A stretch of 64,000 bases of DNA from an uncultured Candidatus Saccharibacteria bacterium (GTDB lineage: Bacteria > Patescibacteriota > Minisyncoccia > Phycocordibacterales > JACOZG01). The notes under the pieces are model-generated. The model saw only the letters and a list, made by a program, of their open reading frames with translations, was not told where the DNA came from and made no database searches. The position numbers were made by a program, and so were the translations under genes. The stretch spans positions 55,457-119,456 of the forward strand of contig CAYNPK010000001.1 in the NCBI GenBank assembly GCA_964399075.1, read 5' to 3'. Shown piece by piece: positions 1 to 8,879 of the stretch; within the stretch, counting starts at the first letter, position 1; every line of letters begins with the position of its first letter.

Positions 1-228
1 GGCGCCGTGTTGCTGATACCATTCCTCAATGGCAATGCAGAGCTCGATGAGGGCGTCATTCTTGACGAAGGTTTGTCGATTGGGATGCAATTCAACACCC
101 TTCGCGATGATTTCGCCCTCAAATACTCCAGACGAGAGCGCCGTTACCACCTCTTCGGCTAGCAACCTTTCGGTTGATCGAAGCATGAGGTGGAGGGGGA
201 TACGTGAATCGTCACGCGCTGTCCCCAT
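1..228 (-). CDS. hypothetical protein, partial (C-terminus beyond left window edge); high-GC foreign-looking gene
   Basis: Minus-strand frame is open from about 420 down to position 1 with no stop. It reads ...GRKLPEVVINGTTLFRLFIARKSKKGGRDGRVLMGTARDDSRIPLHLMLRSTERLLAEEVVTALSSGVFEGEIIAKGVELHPNRQTFVKNDALIELCIAIEEWYQQHGA, which is protein-like. First in-frame ATG is at 228; GTG/TTG starts are possible up to about 400. The plus-strand ORF 29..397 is an S/R/P-rich antisense shadow. Confidence 0.35.
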   Translation of the reverse strand, partial: MGTARDDSRIPLHLMLRSTERLLAEEVVTALSSGVFEGEIIAKGVELHPNRQTFVKNDALIELCIAIEEWYQQHGA

Positions 229-571
229 AAGAACTCGACCGTCTCGTCCCCCCTTCTTGCTCTTTCGAGCGATGAAGAGACGGAAGAGGGTGGTGCCGTT
301 TATCACCACTTCCGGCAACTTACGACCTTGGAACTCCGAAGCCACAACGTCTGACCAGACTCGGTGTTCACCCTTCTCGGATGTGGGTCCGAGCTGATGA
401 GCGCCAAAGCGCGAAACAGAAAAGCGGTGAAAAAAATTAGCAGCCACGGATGTCACAATTTATTTGGAAACATCTTGTCGGCCGCTGTGAGGGTTTGAAA
501 AAGTTTTCGAATCTTAACAGTGGACTGACAATGTGTCGGTTCGGAAGTAGGTCTTTAAATTGGAGATTACC

Positions 572-919
572 ATGAGCGTTTGCGAAATCTGCGGCGGCCA
601 CGGCAGCGTCACGATCGTCGAGAAGATCTCATGTGGTGGCGGGTGCTGCGAAGCATTCCGCAACGAGATCGGCATGAAGATCACCAAGGGTCAGAATCCA
701 GAGAAGTGTCCCAACGGCGATGCTGCCAAGCACGCTGCCATTGGGATCTGCTCGGCCTGCGCGCGGCAGCGAGTTCGGCGGTTGCCGACTGAGTTCCCGG
801 AAGGTTGCGAGCATCGGCCATCGGTTTTCAAAACCGTGGTTCCGTCTGCTTCGTCACCGCCCAGGAGCTCTTCGGTCGCCCGCACTTCTGCCTCCAAGAC
901 CCACACGCGTTCGCTGTAA
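572..919 (+). CDS. small Cys-rich protein (possible zinc-ribbon), C-terminal half low-complexity; high-GC block
   Basis: GGAG 7 nt upstream of ATG 572. N-terminus MSVCEICGGHGSVTIVEKISCGGGCCEAFRNEIG...CPNGD...CSAC has several Cys pairs. The true 3' end is uncertain. Confidence 0.3.
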   Translation: MSVCEICGGHGSVTIVEKISCGGGCCEAFRNEIGMKITKGQNPEKCPNGDAAKHAAIGICSACARQRVRRLPTEFPEGCEHRPSVFKTVVPSASSPPRSSSVARTSASKTHTRSL

Positions 920-1045
920 TCCACAACGGCTTGGAAAGTGCCTTTAAACTTTCCCCTGATATTCGCCTGTGTGGGCGGACTGATGATTCCGAAAGGATGA
1001 AATCAGGATGATCTTTCAAACAAATTTTTCCGAAAGGAAATAAAT

Positions 1046-1456
1046 ATGAGTAAGTGGTTTATTCTAGAAGGTGATTGGGGTGGGCAGATTTATTTGACCA
1101 TACCAATCGCCAAAACAACGGCAGAGCGTGCACAGCAGGCTCTTCGCATCATCGATGCGGTTGAGTGGTCTTGTAATGAGCGCAGAGGCGCCTCATTCTA
1201 CACTCAAGATGGTCAGCCGGGCGATGGTGTTTGGGGCGGGATGGGCGGTGGTCTACTTACGGAAGGTCTCTGGACGCATCATCACCTCAACCCGGCACTC
1301 AAACTCTGGGTTGCCTCGTTCCTGATTGGAGAGGCTAATCTCCCGAACCCAGAAACCATGGCCGATTGGCTTTTGGCTGAAGAGCTCCACTGCTACTGCC
1401 CTCGTGAGGAGGCAGTGCAGAAGATGCGCAGAGCCCTTCATCCTCGCCAACCCTGA
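1046..1456 (+). CDS. hypothetical protein (high-GC block)
   Basis: ORF with AGGA-type RBS (aaaggaaataaatATG). Followed by a strong intrinsic terminator. No recognisable domain. Confidence 0.4.
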   Translation: MSKWFILEGDWGGQIYLTIPIAKTTAERAQQALRIIDAVEWSCNERRGASFYTQDGQPGDGVWGGMGGGLLTEGLWTHHHLNPALKLWVASFLIGEANLPNPETMADWLLAEELHCYCPREEAVQKMRRALHPRQP

Positions 1457-1477
1457 CTTGGCACCTGGCTCAAACGG

Positions 1478-1512
1478 CCAACGGACCCCACGACTGTGTC
1501 GCGGGGTCTTTT
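1478..1512 (+). terminator. rho-independent terminator
   Basis: GACCCCACGAC...GTCGCGGGGTC stem followed by TTTTTTTTATT. Confidence 0.6.
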
Positions 1513-1584
1513 TTTTATTCAAATATCTCTAAATTTACTACTTTATCTACAGCGCCCGTCGGTTCTTTGTGTTAGAATTAAATA

Positions 1585-2649
1585 ATGGACAATTTAGTGG
1601 TTTATATTTTAATCGCTGTTTTAGTTATTGCCGGGGGATTGATCTTTTGGCTATGGCGAAATCAGAGCAAATTACCTCAATCAGGAACGACTAATGATCA
1701 AGCTTTTCTTCTTATTCAGTCCCAACTTTCCGAATTAACTAAGAATTTAGATTCCAAACTCACAGAGTCAACTCGTTTTATGCAAGAATCAGTCCGAAGT
1801 CAATTTTCAGAGTCCTCGCTCTTGATTAAGAGCATTACGGAAGAATTAACTAAGGTTGGCGAGGGGCAGAAGCAGGTTGTTAGCTTCGCGGAACAACTCC
1901 GTCAATTGCAAGATATTCTAAAGAATCCCAAACAGCGCGGGGTGTTAGGTGAGTATTATTTGGAAACTTTGTTGAAAAATGTTTTACCTCCCGGTAGCTT
2001 CCAAATGCAATACGAATTTCCGGACGGCACTATTGTTGACGCTGTCGTTTTTGTTAAGGACAAAATTATTCCCATTGATTCTAAATTTTCTTTAGAAAAT
2101 TATAATCGCTTAGCAGAAGAGCGTAACGAAGCAGAGCGAGATAGATTAGAGAAATTATTTGTTAATGATCTGAAATTAAGAATTCAAGAGACTGGCAAGT
2201 ATGTTCAGCCGGAGCAGGGGACGATGGACTTTGCTTTTATGTTCATACCTCATGAGGCTATTTACTATGATTTGTTGACCAGCAAGGTCGGTGGTTTGAG
2301 AGGCGAAGATGAGAATCTCATCCAACGAGCCGCCAGTAAATATCGGGTTATTATTGTTTCGCCAACTTCCTTCCTGGCCTATCTCCAGACGGTTCTCCAG
2401 GGTTTGAAGGCGCTTCAGATTGAGGAATCAGCCAAAGAGATTCGCAAACGAGTGGAAGAGCTTGGCAAGCATCTGAAGGCTTATGATGAATATTACAAAA
2501 AATTAGGTAATAGCCTGACAACCACGGTCAATCATTATAGTTTGGGCTACAAAGAATTAAAAAAGATTGATAAGGACGTGCTTAGAGTTACCGGTACTGC
2601 TATTGGGATTGAAACTCAAGTTCTAGATAAGCCCATCCTTGAGGATTAG
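1585..2649 (+). CDS. rmuC: DNA recombination protein RmuC
   Basis: N-terminal TM, long coiled coil, C-terminal RmuC nuclease-like region (DAVVFVKDKIIPIDSKF...). Confidence 0.8.
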   Translation: MDNLVVYILIAVLVIAGGLIFWLWRNQSKLPQSGTTNDQAFLLIQSQLSELTKNLDSKLTESTRFMQESVRSQFSESSLLIKSITEELTKVGEGQKQVVSFAEQLRQLQDILKNPKQRGVLGEYYLETLLKNVLPPGSFQMQYEFPDGTIVDAVVFVKDKIIPIDSKFSLENYNRLAEERNEAERDRLEKLFVNDLKLRIQETGKYVQPEQGTMDFAFMFIPHEAIYYDLLTSKVGGLRGEDENLIQRAASKYRVIIVSPTSFLAYLQTVLQGLKALQIEESAKEIRKRVEELGKHLKAYDEYYKKLGNSLTTTVNHYSLGYKELKKIDKDVLRVTGTAIGIETQVLDKPILED

Positions 2650-3147
2650 GGATTCTTTTTGAATCTTCATGATCTTCTCTTTAACTTTCTGTGGCGACTT
2701 AGCGCCCTTGAAAACGAATTCTCCCTGTCCACCAGCAGTTTGCAGACGCAAATTACCGAAATCAAGTAACATTGCAAAAATACCCGGAACTTCGGCTACC
2801 ACATCTTGAACTTTGACGATTTGGCAAGTAGCCACCTCGCGATTGAAGAGCCCGCGTTGTTCAATGTCAATTATTTTAGTTGGCGTTACGATCCAAATAT
2901 CAAGATAGAAATCAGTCCAGATGATAAAAAAGACTATCCAAAGAATCATTAACCACAAACTGTAAGCAAAAACATAAAACCATCCCAGAGTGATAGTTAG
3001 ATCAGGAACAAGAGTTTTAACAAAAGGCAAACTGGCCGGTAGAATTGCAACCAGACCTAAACTAATTCCTTCTAATAAAAATATAAACCAGTGTTTGCGA
3101 ACCTCTATCAATACTTCTTCTTCATTGAAATCTATAGGATCAATCAT
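2623..3147 (-). CDS. membrane-flanked bacterial PH (bPH_2/YdbT-like) domain protein
   Basis: Two TM helices flanking a PH-like soluble region; typical YdbT architecture. Confidence 0.55.
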   Translation of the reverse strand: MIDPIDFNEEEVLIEVRKHWFIFLLEGISLGLVAILPASLPFVKTLVPDLTITLGWFYVFAYSLWLMILWIVFFIIWTDFYLDIWIVTPTKIIDIEQRGLFNREVATCQIVKVQDVVAEVPGIFAMLLDFGNLRLQTAGGQGEFVFKGAKSPQKVKEKIMKIQKESLILKDGLI

Positions 3148-3170
3148 TTTTTAATTTTTTAATATTAACA

Positions 3171-3371
3171 TTAATTTAAACTAATCATTACTAAAGCCAA
3201 CAGCGCTATTAGAGCTAGAGGAATGAGAACAGTTAAATAAGTTGTCTCAACGAGAGCGACGACGCGCTTATTCATGGCGAAGCATCGCCAGTGATAAAAG
3301 AGAATCACTGTTATCGCACCAAAGCCGAGTATTAAAATAATATAAACCAACCACAGATAAATATCTATCAT
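3171..3371 (-). CDS. small membrane protein (hypothetical)
   Basis: 66 aa with two hydrophobic helices, immediately downstream of the bPH_2 gene. Confidence 0.25.
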   Translation of the reverse strand: MIDIYLWLVYIILILGFGAITVILFYHWRCFAMNKRVVALVETTYLTVLIPLALIALLALVMISLN

Positions 3372-3421
3372 TAGCTTATTTTAACTTATTCGTGTTATGA
3401 TAACAATGGATATATTAGAAC

Positions 3422-4180
3422 ATGGAAAATAACAAAAGGAGTAAAGAGGTGAAAAAAACTGACAAAACAAGAAAAACCGTGATTGTTGTAGGCGCCTCGG
3501 GTGGTCTTGGTAGGGTCTTATGTGATGAACTTAGTCGAGCCGGACTCAATCTTGTGTTGGCCGCTAGGGGATTGGAAACCCTGGAGAAAGTGGCCTCTCT
3601 CTTGCCACCAGAGCGGACTTTGGTGATCCCAACTGACGCTAACGATCCGGAAGCGGTCGTGGAACTTTTCCAGCAGGCTCGGGAACGTTTTGGTCGCGTG
3701 GATGCGGTGATAATCTCGGTTGGCACTTGGAAGCAGTTAAGCTTTGGAGATCCGCTTGATTTGGCTACGAAGCTCTTCGACGAACATGTCCGGAGTCTCT
3801 TGCGTCCGAATTTTATCGTCGGATTCGTGGCAGCGCAGTTCTTCAACCTGCAATCAGGTGGGGGATGGATCGTTAATATTTCCTCCCATGCCGCTATCCG
3901 TCCCGAATTGCCGGGCAATCTAACCTACGGACCTCTCAAGGCCGCTGGGTTACACTTCATGCGAGCTCTTGGGGCGGAACTAGTTGGAAGTGAAGTCAGG
4001 GTTACAGACATCGAACCGGCCATCATCAATCTGCCAGGCAATTACGACGCTCTTGGTACCCCCGAAAGGCGAGCCAAAGCTGTCCAACCGCCGGCTATTG
4101 CTAAGTGGATTATTGAGCAGCTTGGTAATCCCAATCCTCCGACAACCAAACTCTTTGACAGTGAAGTGATTTTGCCTTAA
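3422..4180 (+). CDS. short-chain dehydrogenase/reductase (SDR) family oxidoreductase; elevated GC
   Basis: GASGGLG nucleotide-binding motif and YGPLK catalytic Y-x-x-x-K. GC visibly higher than neighbours. Confidence 0.8.
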   Translation: MENNKRSKEVKKTDKTRKTVIVVGASGGLGRVLCDELSRAGLNLVLAARGLETLEKVASLLPPERTLVIPTDANDPEAVVELFQQARERFGRVDAVIISVGTWKQLSFGDPLDLATKLFDEHVRSLLRPNFIVGFVAAQFFNLQSGGGWIVNISSHAAIRPELPGNLTYGPLKAAGLHFMRALGAELVGSEVRVTDIEPAIINLPGNYDALGTPERRAKAVQPPAIAKWIIEQLGNPNPPTTKLFDSEVILP

Positions 4181-4218
4181 TTGCCTCTCTGTGTGACAAA
4201 TATGGCAAAATTAAGACA

Positions 4219-4260
4219 GACGCAAGGTAGGTTCACGCCACCTTGCGTCTTTTTTATTTT
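4219..4260 (+). terminator. rho-independent terminator after SDR gene
   Basis: Perfect 10-bp stem GACGCAAGGT/ACCTTGCGTC followed by TTTTTTATTTT. Confidence 0.65.
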
Positions 4261-4279
4261 CGTGTAAAATATGGTGATT

Positions 4280-4594
4280 ATGTCTTTTGCGGTAATTAAA
4301 ACAGGTGGTAAACAGTATCGGGTAATTCCTGGTCAAGTTTTAACTATTGAAAAATTAGTCAAACCAACTAAGGATGACAAAATTGTTTTCGATGAGGTTC
4401 TATTAGTAGATGATGGGAAAACCACAAAAATTGGCACACCTATCATTACTAGTACTAAAGTTTCTGCAACTTTTCTTGAGGAAGGCAGAGCTAAAAAGGT
4501 TACAACTATTAAATTCAAGTCAAAATCTAATTACAAAAAGAAACTCGGTCATCGTCAGCCCTTCACTAAAGTTAAGATTGACAAGATTGGTTAA
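4280..4594 (+). CDS. rplU: 50S ribosomal protein L21
   Basis: MSFAVIKTGGKQYRVIPGQVLTIEKL is a hallmark L21 N-terminus. Confidence 0.9.
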   Translation: MSFAVIKTGGKQYRVIPGQVLTIEKLVKPTKDDKIVFDEVLLVDDGKTTKIGTPIITSTKVSATFLEEGRAKKVTTIKFKSKSNYKKKLGHRQPFTKVKIDKIG

Positions 4595-4605
4595 TTATAA
4601 TTTAC

Positions 4606-5235
4606 TCACTCTCTGTGTCTTAAGGCATTTTTAAGTGTCTCTGTGTCAGAATATTCTAATTCAGTTCCAGTAGATAAACCACGGCCAAGCATGGATATGG
4701 TTAATTTGTATTTCTTAATGACAGGTGTTAAATATTGACGAAGAAAGTCGGCGGTATAATCACCTTCAGTTGTTGCCGAGAGAGCCAAAATAATTTCTTT
4801 TAGGTTTAAATTTTTGGTTCGTTTTTCAATCGCGCTCGTCAATTCTCGTAGGCGGATATGTTGCTCTGGAGTTTTGTCTAAGATCGGAACATTTCCGCCG
4901 AGAATAAAATAATGACCATTATAAATTCTGGCTCTTTCCATATTTTCTAAATCAGTATCTTTTTCCACAATCATTAGTAATCCTTGGTCGCGATTTTGAT
5001 CTTGACAGAGACGGCACAGGGTTGAACTTTTTTGAAAAGGGGAGAAGAAGCGAAAGCAGTCCGGGCATTGATTGATGCCTTGTCTTAAGGCTTTAATTTG
5101 ATCGATTAATTTATTTTGAAGATTATGATTACTGCGCAGAAGATAATACACGAAGCGTCGCGCTTGTCGTGGGCCAATTCCAGGGAACTTCATAAAAGTT
5201 TCCATCAATTGTTGAATAGTGTCGTCGCCAGTCAT
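4606..5235 (-). CDS. recR: recombination protein RecR
   Basis: HhH (FPGIGPRQARR), C4 zinc finger (CPDC...C..C), Toprim region. Confidence 0.9.
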   Translation of the reverse strand: MTGDDTIQQLMETFMKFPGIGPRQARRFVYYLLRSNHNLQNKLIDQIKALRQGINQCPDCFRFFSPFQKSSTLCRLCQDQNRDQGLLMIVEKDTDLENMERARIYNGHYFILGGNVPILDKTPEQHIRLRELTSAIEKRTKNLNLKEIILALSATTEGDYTADFLRQYLTPVIKKYKLTISMLGRGLSTGTELEYSDTETLKNALRHRE

Positions 5236-5253
5236 ATTTGAGTTTTTTGAATT

Positions 5254-6663
5254 TTATAATCCTCCAAAATCGGATTTGTCCATGGTGTGGAAAGTTACTC
5301 GCTCTTCGTCAAAGTAAAGTTGAATTTCTCCCGTGGGGCCATTACGATGTTTAGCAATTAAAATTTCGGCAATATTTTTCTTTTCAGAATTGACGTTCAT
5401 CTTGTCTTCTCGATGGATAAACAAAACCACGTCGGCGTCTTGCTCGATTGAGCCAGAGTCGCGTAGGTCGGAGAGTCGAGGTCTGCCACCGCGTTGTTCA
5501 ACCGAGCGATTGAGTTGAGAAAGGGCTAATACCGGTACATCAAGCTCGCGAGCTAGTCCCTTCAACGAACGAGAGATTTCGGTAATTTGTTGCACTAGAG
5601 AATCGTTTTCTTTCCGCGGGATCATTAATTGGAGATAATCCACGATGATTAAATCTAATCCATGTTCAACCTTAAGCTTTCGTGCCACCCCGCGCATTTT
5701 TACAATATTATTCGACGCTTCGTCGTCAATAAAGATCGGCGCTGTTGCTAGGCGATCTAAGGCGTCGCGAATCCGAGCGAAATCTTCATCAGCTTTAATT
5801 TTGCCTGTGCGCAGATGCCAAGAGTCAACCTTACTCTCGGAAGCTAACAGTCTATCTACTAATTGTTGAGAACTCATTTCTAGAGAAAAAATACCAACAG
5901 ACTTTCCGTATTTACAAGCAACATTACGAGCAATGTCTAAGGCAAGGGAAGTCTTTCCCATTGATGGCCTAGCGGCCAAGATTATTAGATCCGATTTTTG
6001 AAAACCGGCTAATTTATTATCCAGATCGCGAAAGCCAGTTGGCACGCCTCGCATCTCTTGATCTGATTTGTGGAGTTTGTCGAAACGTTCCCAGGCTTCT
6101 ACCAAAGTATCTTTTAGTCTAGTGAAAGTTTTTTTAGAAAAACTACTAATGCCTAAAATGATTTTTTGAGCTTGGTCGAAAACGTCATCAATCTGTTCTT
6201 GTTCGTTGTAGCCTAATTCAGCAATTTCATCAGCGGTATTAATTAATCTGCGTAGGCCGGCTTTTTTGCGAACAATTTCAGCATAATATTTAGCATTGGT
6301 GGCAGAAGGAACCATGTTAATTAATTCCGTAAGATAGGTTGCTCCGCCCAGAACTTCTAATTGTTTCTTTTCTCGCAGAGAACTGGTGAGGGAAACTAGA
6401 TCTATTGGCTCACCTCGATCTTGCAATCCCATCAAGGCATTAAAGATTCGGCGGTGCTTATCAGCATAAAAATCTTTTTCGGTTACTACATCTAGAACCT
6501 CGTACAAAGCATCGGGGCGAATCATTATTGAACCCAACAACGCTTGTTCAGCGACGAGGTCTTGGGGTGGTAAGCGCAAAGAATTTTTAACAAAAGACAT
6601 TTTTGGGACTGATGGCGTGGTCTTTTTTGTTTGAGATTTTTCTTTTTCTTTAAGCTCTGGCAT
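5254..6663 (-). CDS. dnaB: replicative DNA helicase DnaB
   Basis: DnaB N-terminal domain (AEQALLGSIM...), Walker A GKTSLALDIA, RecA-like C-terminus. Confidence 0.95.
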   Translation of the reverse strand: MPELKEKEKSQTKKTTPSVPKMSFVKNSLRLPPQDLVAEQALLGSIMIRPDALYEVLDVVTEKDFYADKHRRIFNALMGLQDRGEPIDLVSLTSSLREKKQLEVLGGATYLTELINMVPSATNAKYYAEIVRKKAGLRRLINTADEIAELGYNEQEQIDDVFDQAQKIILGISSFSKKTFTRLKDTLVEAWERFDKLHKSDQEMRGVPTGFRDLDNKLAGFQKSDLIILAARPSMGKTSLALDIARNVACKYGKSVGIFSLEMSSQQLVDRLLASESKVDSWHLRTGKIKADEDFARIRDALDRLATAPIFIDDEASNNIVKMRGVARKLKVEHGLDLIIVDYLQLMIPRKENDSLVQQITEISRSLKGLARELDVPVLALSQLNRSVEQRGGRPRLSDLRDSGSIEQDADVVLFIHREDKMNVNSEKKNIAEILIAKHRNGPTGEIQLYFDEERVTFHTMDKSDFGGL

Positions 6664-6729
6664 GATTGTTATTGTAACAAAATAAAAGCACTAGAAGAAA
6701 ACGATATCAGTGGAGAACTAGTGGATAGC

Positions 6730-8091
6730 TTAGATTTTCTGTATTTTGGGGCCAGAATCAGTGTCTTTGATTGAAAAGCCCTTATTTTCAATTTCCTGAC
6801 GAATTTGGTCGGCCAGGAGCCAATCTTTAGCCTGACGAGCAACCTCTCGTCTATGGGCCAATTCGGTGATTTCTGGGGGGGTTTCGACTGCTTTTAATTT
6901 AGCTAACCCTAGACCTAAAATTTGATCAAAATCAAGCAGGGTCGTCTTTTTATTAGCCGGTTCAATGTCTGGATTCTTGACTAATTCCCAGGTGATGGCG
7001 AGAGCTTGAGGTAAATTTAAATCAGTATTAACCGCTTCAAGAAATTTGTTTTTGTAATTTTTATCAAGTTGACCGTCAGGATAATTAAGTTGCAAATCAA
7101 GAAAAAATTGGTGCAATTTTTGCAAGGCTGTCTGGGCGCTAATCATTGATTGCCAAGTGAAATTTACAAGAGTGCGATAGTGCCCAGTTAGAACCCAATA
7201 ACGGTAAACTAAGGGAGAAAAATCTCGCTTCCTTAAATCTTCAAGAATCAGAAAATTATTAAGCGATTTTGACATTTTTTCTTGTTCAATATTTACAAAC
7301 TCACTGTGGATCCAATACTTAGCGAGCAATTGTCCGGTGATTGCTTGAGATTGTGCCAGTTCATTTTCGTGATGGGGGAAAATCAAATCACTACCCCCAG
7401 TGTGAATATCAAATTTGGGTCCGAGAGTTTTCATACTCATGGCCGAACACTCAATATGCCAGCCGGGACGACCAGCGCCGAAGGAAGCTTCCCAACGAAC
7501 CGACCCATCTTCTGAACGATAGAATTTCCATAACGCAAAATCTCGCTTATCTCGTTTGTTTTGTTCAGATTCTCTTTCTCTCACGCTTTCGTTTTCAGCA
7601 ATTGGTAGGTCTGAAGTAGTGCTCTTGCGAAAATGGCCGTAAGCAGGAAAATCAGCGACACTAAAATAGACTCCATCAGTGCCAACATAAGCAAATCCTG
7701 CTTTAATCAATTGTTCAATTAAAGTGATCATTTCAGAAATATAATCAGTCGCTCTGACTATGTTCGGTTCAATGATATTTAACGACGCTAAATCGTTTAG
7801 AAAAACCTCTTCGTATTTTTTGGTGAAAACGAGAAGTGATTCATTGTGATGGCGACTAGCGGCGATAGTTTTATCATCGACATCAGTAATATTCATGACG
7901 TGTTTGACGTTAAGATTGTTATATTTTAGAGTTCGATAGAGAAGATCGGCGATTAAAAAAGTTCGCCAATTACCAATGTGTGAGTAGTTGTAAACAGTTG
8001 GTCCGCAGGTATACATGCCCACCAAATTGGAATTAAGGGGTTGAAATATTTCTTGTTTTCGCGATAGGGTATTGAAGAGTGTTAAAGTCAT
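6730..8091 (-). CDS. cysS: cysteine--tRNA ligase
   Basis: HIGN and KMSKS class-I motifs, CGPTVY. The true start MTLTLFNTLSRKQ is at 8091 and overlaps the upstream stop in an ATGA arrangement. The ORF-track N-terminal extension to 8226 is spurious. Confidence 0.9.
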   Translation of the reverse strand: MTLTLFNTLSRKQEIFQPLNSNLVGMYTCGPTVYNYSHIGNWRTFLIADLLYRTLKYNNLNVKHVMNITDVDDKTIAASRHHNESLLVFTKKYEEVFLNDLASLNIIEPNIVRATDYISEMITLIEQLIKAGFAYVGTDGVYFSVADFPAYGHFRKSTTSDLPIAENESVRERESEQNKRDKRDFALWKFYRSEDGSVRWEASFGAGRPGWHIECSAMSMKTLGPKFDIHTGGSDLIFPHHENELAQSQAITGQLLAKYWIHSEFVNIEQEKMSKSLNNFLILEDLRKRDFSPLVYRYWVLTGHYRTLVNFTWQSMISAQTALQKLHQFFLDLQLNYPDGQLDKNYKNKFLEAVNTDLNLPQALAITWELVKNPDIEPANKKTTLLDFDQILGLGLAKLKAVETPPEITELAHRREVARQAKDWLLADQIRQEIENKGFSIKDTDSGPKIQKI

Positions 8092-8810
8092 AGCAAAAAT
8101 TGAATGATTAGCGACAACAAAACAAAAACAATCAATATCATGACAGCTAGACGAACCAAACGGACCTTTTTTGCTAGTAATGTTGTTTGAGCTATTTGAT
8201 AAAATTCTACCGTTGCTTGGTGGCAAAGATTCATTGTTTGGCAGATTTTGTCATGAGTCATTATTAGAGTTTTAAATTGAGAATTAAAATTTTCCGGCTT
8301 AAAAAAGTTATTTAGCATTGGTTCAAGCGAGTTTAGTGTGTCTTTAAGTGGCCTCAGAACTAAACGAAAATTATATAAATATTCATTTAATTGGTTAACT
8401 GTTGTTATGCCACTTATTTCTTGATTGGTTTCCAAACATTGTTTCGCCCGCTTCAATTGATCCTTGAGAGCAAATTTCTCCAGTTCTTGTTCACATAGAT
8501 CATACATTGCTTGCAAAATGGACAGAAGGATTGTCCCAGTCGATCGTTCTCGCCCTGTTTTTTCGAAGTTTAATTTATGGCCAAAAATTTTGGCGAAATC
8601 GGTTAAAGTTTTAATTGTCTCGTCGTGGATGGTAATAATAAAGTCTATTCCAGCGATAAAATTAATCGTAGCTTGATGGGGGAGAGTTGCGGTTAAAGAT
8701 AAGAACTGACGGTTTGCTTTATAATCTTTCTCGATTTCTGCCAATTCTTTTTTACTCGGTTTTTCCAAGTCAATCCAGGTAATCTCACGGTAATTAAACT
8801 TTTTTAACAT
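8088..8810 (-). CDS. CorA-like N-terminal domain protein with single C-terminal TM (truncated relative to canonical CorA; no GMN motif)
   Basis: ITWIDLEKPSKKELAEIEK-type CorA N-terminal pattern. One C-terminal TM. Stop overlaps the cysS start. Confidence 0.35.
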   Translation of the reverse strand: MLKKFNYREITWIDLEKPSKKELAEIEKDYKANRQFLSLTATLPHQATINFIAGIDFIITIHDETIKTLTDFAKIFGHKLNFEKTGRERSTGTILLSILQAMYDLCEQELEKFALKDQLKRAKQCLETNQEISGITTVNQLNEYLYNFRLVLRPLKDTLNSLEPMLNNFFKPENFNSQFKTLIMTHDKICQTMNLCHQATVEFYQIAQTTLLAKKVRLVRLAVMILIVFVLLSLIIQFLL

Positions 8811-8879
8811 TTAAGTATTATAACATCGCTTAGATTTGACTGCCAGTCTTGATTTTGCCATAATTTAAGCTATCTTTCT

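Noticed and set aside
29-397. 122-aa plus-strand ORF at the window start
   Set aside because: The translation is S/R/P-rich and non-protein-like. The opposite strand in the same interval is an open, protein-like frame running off the window edge. In high-GC DNA such antisense shadows are expected.
580-1019. Several overlapping ORFs on both strands (580..792, 629..814, 691..924, 720..947, 805..1011, 828..1019)
   Set aside because: These are mutually overlapping frames in GC-rich DNA with no RBS or sensible composition. Only the 572 start, which has a GGAG RBS, was kept, with low confidence.
6730-8226. N-terminal extensions of cysS (to 8226), rpsD (to 32602), alaS (to 39577) and leuS (to 48071) in the ORF track
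   Set aside because: Conserved N-termini (MTLTLFNTL…, MKIGPKFK…, MKSTEIRRRF…, MKNYDHKEIE…) begin at internal Met codons. The extensions read through intergenic or overlapping upstream sequence.
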